Shown here: positions 59,198-64,000 of the stretch, piece by piece
Numbering within the stretch: the first letter of the stretch is position 1
Layout of the letters: every line of letters starts with the position of its first letter
Source of the DNA: an uncultured Verrucomicrobiae bacterium
GTDB lineage: Bacteria; Verrucomicrobiota; Verrucomicrobiia; Chthoniobacterales; Terrimicrobiaceae
Assembly: GCA_963706955.1 (NCBI GenBank)
Contig: CAVPOC010000008.1
Span: forward strand, 288,001 to 352,000
Direction: 5' to 3'
DNA length: 64,000 bases
The notes under the pieces: generated by a model
Database searches by the model: none
What the model was told of the DNA's origin: nothing
Seen by the model: the letters and a program-made list of their open reading frames with translations, nothing else
Made by a program: the position numbers and the translations under genes

Positions 59198-59728
59198 ATG
59201 GCAATGGTCGTCAAACGTCCAAAATTGAGTCTCGCCGAACAGTTCTACCTGCCCGCGATTGCCGCTGGCCTGGCGATCACTTTGAAGCATCTCAGAAAGC
59301 TCGTCTCGGGCAAGACCAAGGTGACAATGCAGTATCCCGAAGAGCGCTGGGACTCCCAACTTCCCCCATGGTTTCGCGGCGCTCCGACATTGGTTAAGGA
59401 TGAACAGGGGAAGGAACGTTGCGTAGCCTGTCAGCTGTGTGAATTCATCTGTCCACCACGCGCAATCACAATCGTGCCCGAAGAAATCCCCTCGTCGGAT
59501 CCCTGGGCAAAGGTCGAGAAGCGCCCCAAAGAGTTCGAGATCGACATGATCCGCTGCATCTACTGCGGCTTGTGCGAAGAGGTGTGTCCGGAGCAGGCCA
59601 TCTTCCTCAAGAAGGAATACTCGATTACGGGTTACACCCGCAAAGAGATGGTAAATAACAAGGAAAAACTTCTTGAGATGGGCGGGGTGATGGAGGGGCT
59701 GGTTTATAAGTGGAACCAAAAAAAATAG
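59198..59728 (+). CDS. nuoI: NADH-quinone oxidoreductase subunit I (orphan)
   Basis: TMQYPEE, ERCVACQLCEFICP, IDMIRCIYCGLCEEVCPEQAI (two 4Fe-4S motifs). Confidence 0.93.
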   Translation: MAMVVKRPKLSLAEQFYLPAIAAGLAITLKHLRKLVSGKTKVTMQYPEERWDSQLPPWFRGAPTLVKDEQGKERCVACQLCEFICPPRAITIVPEEIPSSDPWAKVEKRPKEFEIDMIRCIYCGLCEEVCPEQAIFLKKEYSITGYTRKEMVNNKEKLLEMGGVMEGLVYKWNQKK

Positions 59729-59776
59729 CCCTCTCTGGCGGGCACTGCTAAAACCCATCCGCTTCCCGCTTACCTG

Positions 59777-59830
59777 ATGCAGCTTATTCTCTTCTGGGTT
59801 TTCGCCGTTTTGGGCGGCGGTAAGGATTGA
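59777..59830 (+). pseudogene. nuoJ 5' stub
   Basis: MQLILFWVFAVL then early stop, at the position where nuoJ normally follows nuoI. Confidence 0.5.
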
Positions 59831-60539
59831 GTCAAAAACATCGTTCGCGCAGCAGCTCCAGGAATTCCCTTTTCTATCGCCTCAATTCTGAACTCGTCTC
59901 CTACAAGCGTTCCAGGTACGATCCTGGGCACAATATGGGATTAGGAAGCAAGAGTCGGCAGTAGCAAACGGCGGACATTTGCAGACAGGGTAAAATCAAC
60001 ACTCATGTCACCAGCCGCAAAGTAGAATCCAGCGGCCGTATACCGACTGCACTTTTGCCTCCAGAATTTAACGCCGTCCTTGGATGAGCTCCAGAATGGC
60101 ATTTGCAGCTTCTTCAGGAGCGACGGCGTGCATGCAGTGAAAATCCAGGGGCATTTGCTCAGAAAGCAGGGCTGCATTCGCCCTGATGAAGGAGCACGGT
60201 GCTCCTCGGAGAGTGGGGACGGGTCAGACGCGGTTCTTTTGAGCCAAAAACCACCATAAGTGGAACCCAAGACAGTCTGCGAGGTGCATGGTTCATCACA
60301 AGTCTCCTTTTTGCCTTCTCATAGCGGCATATTGCACTCGAACTAGGTTGATATTATTACGTTTTGGGGTACAAGCAGGTACGCGTGCAGAATTTACTCT
60401 AAGCCGCCTCCTAAACGGCTTCTGGAGTAATTTTTCACCCGAAAACTGCCAAAAATGGGCATTTGGACCCGTTTATTATAGTGCACGGAACGCTTAGCCT
60501 TCGCACGCGCCTTTGGGGAGGGATGCATGCAACACAAGA

Positions 60540-61060
60540 AAGAGGATCAGCGGAGCGATGAGAAACAGGATCAGGGGTTGCAATTCAGCCTAGAGCGAAG
60601 CTTGGTAAAACGAGAGGCTTTGAGATATTCGTCCAAGGTAAGCGTCCAGACATCACCCAAACCTCGACTGTCAAGGTCGCCCGCATGGGCATGGGAGATG
60701 GTGTCCTCCCACTTCCAATGGTGGTAGGGCGTGAAGCAAAGCACTCAGTGATGAAACCCCAAACCCATTGCTTTGCGCGATCGAAAGAAGGAATTCTGGG
60801 TGCAGTCGTGAAAAATAATGAAGATGCGAACCAGCAACCCGCCCGCCAAGATGGCCAAAGGAACTCTCAGCCAATAGAAAATTGCCGAAGTCAGATACAT
60901 CATGCCCCACAGAAGGAGGTAACCGCCTACTGAATTTGCAAGCTGCCAGGCACTTCGTCCTGCGGAGGGCTGCTGAAATGCATGCACGATTGTCTTCCGG
61001 GCTGCTTGTTTCGCGGGTGAACTGCCCGTAGGACGATCGATAAGGAATTTTGTTGGTTCA
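60540..61060 (-). pseudogene. Fatty-acid desaturase (Des-like) remnant
   Basis: QQPSAGRSAWQLANS...LLVRIFIIFHDC, then in another frame TPYHHWKW...GDLDSRGLGDVWTLTLDEYL. His boxes eroded, 3' half missing. Confidence 0.8.
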
Positions 61061-61322
61061 TTGGAAATCAGGGCTCATTTTGTAGCTAGTCCACAGCGAA
61101 CGCCAGGGCACAAACTTCCGCATCGATTACCGCATCGACCGACGAGAACGATTCGGACGGAATCCTCACACAAGGTGGTTTATAAGTTAAGGTGATCGAA
61201 AAAGGACTGCCTTTCGCTCTCAGTGCCTGCGGATTACGCAGATTGGAAGGCAGCGGCTCGGGGGAAGAAATCCGTGTATTTTCCGAATCGGTCTCGCTGG
61301 TCGGTACGCGGCTCCGCGCCCT

Positions 61323-62093
61323 TCAGCCTCCGCGCACCAGGAGCAGCCGCGTTGGAATCACCTGATACAACCAATCCATATGTTTTGGGAGCGAGCCATT
61401 TGGCTCAGCCTTGACGACCAACAAATCGGCCCCCAGTCCCTCCATCGTGTCGTACAAGGTGTAGCCAGTGATGGAAGTCACGACACGCCCTTCAACTTCG
61501 ACATCGTGCCCGGCAAGGGAGCCGGCCAAGTCTTCCAGCCACGCTTCGACGTCTCCCGGTTCTTCCCCGCGCGACGCGGCGATGGCCGTGGCGAAAGGCC
61601 TCTCAGTGACGGCGATGGTAACGCGCTGAGGACGCAAGACTTCGACAACGCGGCGCAGCAACTCGCGGTCTTCCTCATGCTCCGGCTCAAAGGCAAATAC
61701 GATATGTTGCGGCGGCGGCGGGTCCTCCAAAGGCCGCGGCACTAGCAGGAGATCGCACGGTGCATTGCGCAGTAGCTCCTTCGCAACGTCGCCGGCGAAG
61801 GGTTTGTCGTCCATTTCACGGTGAGGCGTTCCTGCGATGAGGAGATCATATGCGAAATTCTCCCCCGCCGCGATGATGGCGCTGGCAGCCGTCTCCCCTT
61901 CGACCCAGCGAATTTCAGCCCGCTGGCTAAGCGCTCCGAGAAACCGCTTTTCCTTTTCGATGTCGAAGGCCCCCGCGTGCAGGATCTCCAAATCGGCGCC
62001 GCAATGGCTGGCAAAGCGCTTAGCCTCGGCAAGCACACCGGTAAATGTCGGCGAAAATGTCGAAGCGACCCCCACGTGCTGGTAATCCATCAT
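61323..62093 (-). CDS. Universal stress protein (tandem USP domains)
   Basis: [13 protein letters not shown]...[26 protein letters not shown]. Confidence 0.78.
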   Translation of the reverse strand: MMDYQHVGVASTFSPTFTGVLAEAKRFASHCGADLEILHAGAFDIEKEKRFLGALSQRAEIRWVEGETAASAIIAAGENFAYDLLIAGTPHREMDDKPFAGDVAKELLRNAPCDLLLVPRPLEDPPPPQHIVFAFEPEHEEDRELLRRVVEVLRPQRVTIAVTERPFATAIAASRGEEPGDVEAWLEDLAGSLAGHDVEVEGRVVTSITGYTLYDTMEGLGADLLVVKAEPNGSLPKHMDWLYQVIPTRLLLVRGG

Positions 62094-62169
62094 TCCCAAA
62101 TGTCGGTCGCTTTTTCCCCGCGCGCCACTTCGCTCGGCGAAGGCTTTTAATCCGGAAAGCGACGATCTC

Positions 62170-62725
62170 CCTCCCATAAATCGGACTCGTGGTCGGCAGC
62201 CGGTCGAGCACGTAAATCGCGTCGCGAACTGTGGCGTTAATCACCTGAGTGTGAAACAGCGCGTACTGGTCGGAAACATGCGTATAAAAAAGCACTCCAG
62301 GATCACCGCCGTAGTGGAGTTGGTCTGACCTGCGGCTTCACCGCGATCACCTGCACGGAAGTAATGACCGTCCGAGGAAGACGTGGTGCCATCGCCCCAG
62401 AAGGTCGCGAAAGGGTGCCGAAATTGAGCATTGACCACTTGTGCAAACGCAGCTGAGTAGGTCTCGTCGCGGATTTGCCATGCTTGCAGCCAAGTCAGTC
62501 GCGCGTAAGTCGCCCCAAGCATGCTTCTGCCATTTTGGTTAACCCGAGGTTGATTGCCCGGCCAATATCGCGGTTAGCAGAAGAAAGCGATCTTTTGAAA
62601 CTTCTTGACTTTTGAGACGCGTAAAGTGCCGCGTAAAACCGGTCAAATCGTCCACCTCGAGCAACAGCTCGGTGATTTTAACCCGCGGCAGAAGGGCGTA
62701 AGCCTGCCGTATCAATTGACGGGAT
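62170..62725 (-). pseudogene. tnpA: Tn3-family transposase internal fragment (frameshifted)
   Basis: [46 protein letters not shown]...[20 protein letters not shown]...[11 protein letters not shown]. Confidence 0.9.
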
Positions 62726-62729
62726 TCTT

Positions 62730-63440
62730 ATGACGAGCTCCAAATCCCATGTGACCCAGCACACCTTCTATAGCCTCATGTTGTCGAACGGGGCTGACAT
62801 CGTTGATCGCGAGACCGGAGAGAAGGTGATTTTTGATAGTCCGGAAACGGCGGAAACACTAAAATTCTACAAGGAACTCGCTCAGTACTCGCCTCCGGGC
62901 GCCAGCGGTTATGATCGCCCGGAAGCGCAAGCGGCAATGACTACAGGGAAAACCGCGATGTTTATTTACGGGAGTTGGCTCGGCTGACCGCTAAATGAAA
63001 CTGGAGTGCTTGGGGATTTCGGCACGGCACCTGTCCCTCATAACAAAGGTAAAGGGGCTTTTATGGGCAATACGAACCTGATCGTGTTCAAGGGCGCAAA
63101 GCACAAGGCGGAAGCCAAGGCGTTCGTTAGTTACCTAATGAAGGATGAAAACTATCTTCGCTATGTTCTGACCGATCCTTCGGCCTTCGGCCCGGTGACC
63201 AAAAGCGCGCAGGAGAGTGCCGCCTATAAAGACAGCCCCCAACTCAAGGCCGTTCGGGAGGTCGTTGACGCTGTCTTTGCGGAATTGCCTAACGCATGGG
63301 TCTACGGCATGCCTAACCCTCATGCCGGAGAAATTGAAGGTCTAACGTTCTGTCTGACACCGTAGCACGAGTGGTACTCGAAAACATCTCTCCGGAGGCA
63401 GCGGCCAAAGATGGAGCTGCGAGGATCAGCAGATCGTCGG
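62730..63440 (+). pseudogene. Sugar ABC transporter solute-binding protein remnant
   Basis: FDSPETAETLKFYKEL...GKTAMFIYGSW, in-frame TGA at 62985-62987, then DFGTAPVP...EAKAFVSYL. N-terminus missing. Confidence 0.78.
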
Positions 63441-63831
63441 GAAGCAGTAATCAAACGGATTGATCTGATTGGACGGAACGGTTCCAAGATCCGGAGCGGG
63501 CCAGCCGCTCGTCGGCAGAATTCCCCACAATCCCTTACGAGTCGGGTCAGCTACGCGCGCGCTGAGTTCCGTCTGCACGGGTCGATCATCGGAAAACGCG
63601 CTGAGGAAGGCCGCGGCAATCGCGCGGCACCGGAGACGGAATCCGCAGGCGACACACAGCACCAAGGACTGCCTGCCAGCGTCTATACCCAAGTCTATAC
63701 CGGCGTGGAAAATTCGGGCCTTTTAGGTCCTCATGCGTCTAAGCGGTCATAGTCTGAAACCGCATTAGCTAAACGGATTTGTCCCCCTCTGTCCACATGG
63801 GACCTATTGCGTCCCCAACCGCCCAAACTTT

Positions 63832-63872
63832 TTGCGAACGAGACGCTCTACCAACTGAGCTATACCCCCAAC
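63832..63872 (-). repeat. Displaced 5' half of tRNA-Ala(CGC) (att site)
   Basis: TTGCGAACGAGACGCTCTACCAACTGAGCTATACCCCCAAC is identical to 50876-50916. Confidence 0.95.
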
Positions 63873-63904
63873 TTGATTAATTTCAGAAAGTTCGATGGCG
63901 ACCT

Positions 63905-64000
63905 CCAGAGCAAGAAAGACGCTCTCTATAACGTCATGAGATCATCGGGGATTACTATGCGCAAAAGGAAATCCACGGCAAGATCAAAGGCCGCGCTCCC
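63905..64000 (+). pseudogene. Second, more degraded copy of the integrase-like N-terminal remnant
   Basis: GAGCAAGAAAGA...AACGTCATGAGATCA.CGG.GATTACTATGC...AATCC.CGGCAAGATCAAA matches 50951-51100 with an internal deletion. Confidence 0.65.

Larger units (their letters stand above)
50876..63872. mobile_element. Decayed ~13-kb genomic island integrated at tRNA-Ala(CGC), 5'-half duplication
   Basis: Exact 41-bp direct repeat at 50876-50916 and 63832-63872. Integrase-like remnant, Tn3 remnant and many gene fragments lie inside. Confidence 0.85.

Noticed and set aside
62170..62725. Active Tn3 transposon
   Set aside because: Only a frameshifted internal fragment; no resolvase or 38-bp terminal IRs seen
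62985..62987. Selenocysteine or readthrough at the in-frame TGA of the sugar-binding protein
   Set aside because: The position looks like GGA>TGA in a gene already missing its N-terminus, it is not a Cys site, and no SECIS-like hairpin was noticed

Overview
Bacterial chromosomal window, probably Verrucomicrobiota (Chthoniobacterales-like). This is inferred from gene content and protein style, not from a database search. Positions 1-50.2 kb are mostly core genes: a patatin/methyltransferase/glycolipid-synthase cluster, an LMW-phosphatase-SHMT fusion, vapBC, cysE-iscS-sprT-acs, luxE/luxC-like genes, infA, an acyl-CoA ligase, tolB-pal-degT, bamA-skp-lpxD, pheA and marR-tolC-pgeF. An accessory patch at 14-23 kb holds a YcaQ-like glycosylase, an AAC(6')-Ib-like acetyltransferase, a NUDIX hydrolase, a 1688-aa PA14 protein and an AraC regulator. 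A six-gene TPR-TPR-ExbB-ExbD-ExbD-TonB-like/vWA operon follows, with no outer-membrane receptor. tRNA-Ala(CGC) at 50841-50913 (-) is modified on both sides. Downstream lie four highly structured 137-139 bp repeats, each ending in the tRNA 3' end. Upstream lies a ~13 kb decayed island bounded by an exact 41-bp duplication of the tRNA 5' half, whose identity stops at the anticodon loop. A second related island appears to start at the right edge of the window. Several single-base frameshifts in conserved genes (iscS, tolB, luxC-like, TPR, ycaQ-like) look like long-read indel errors.
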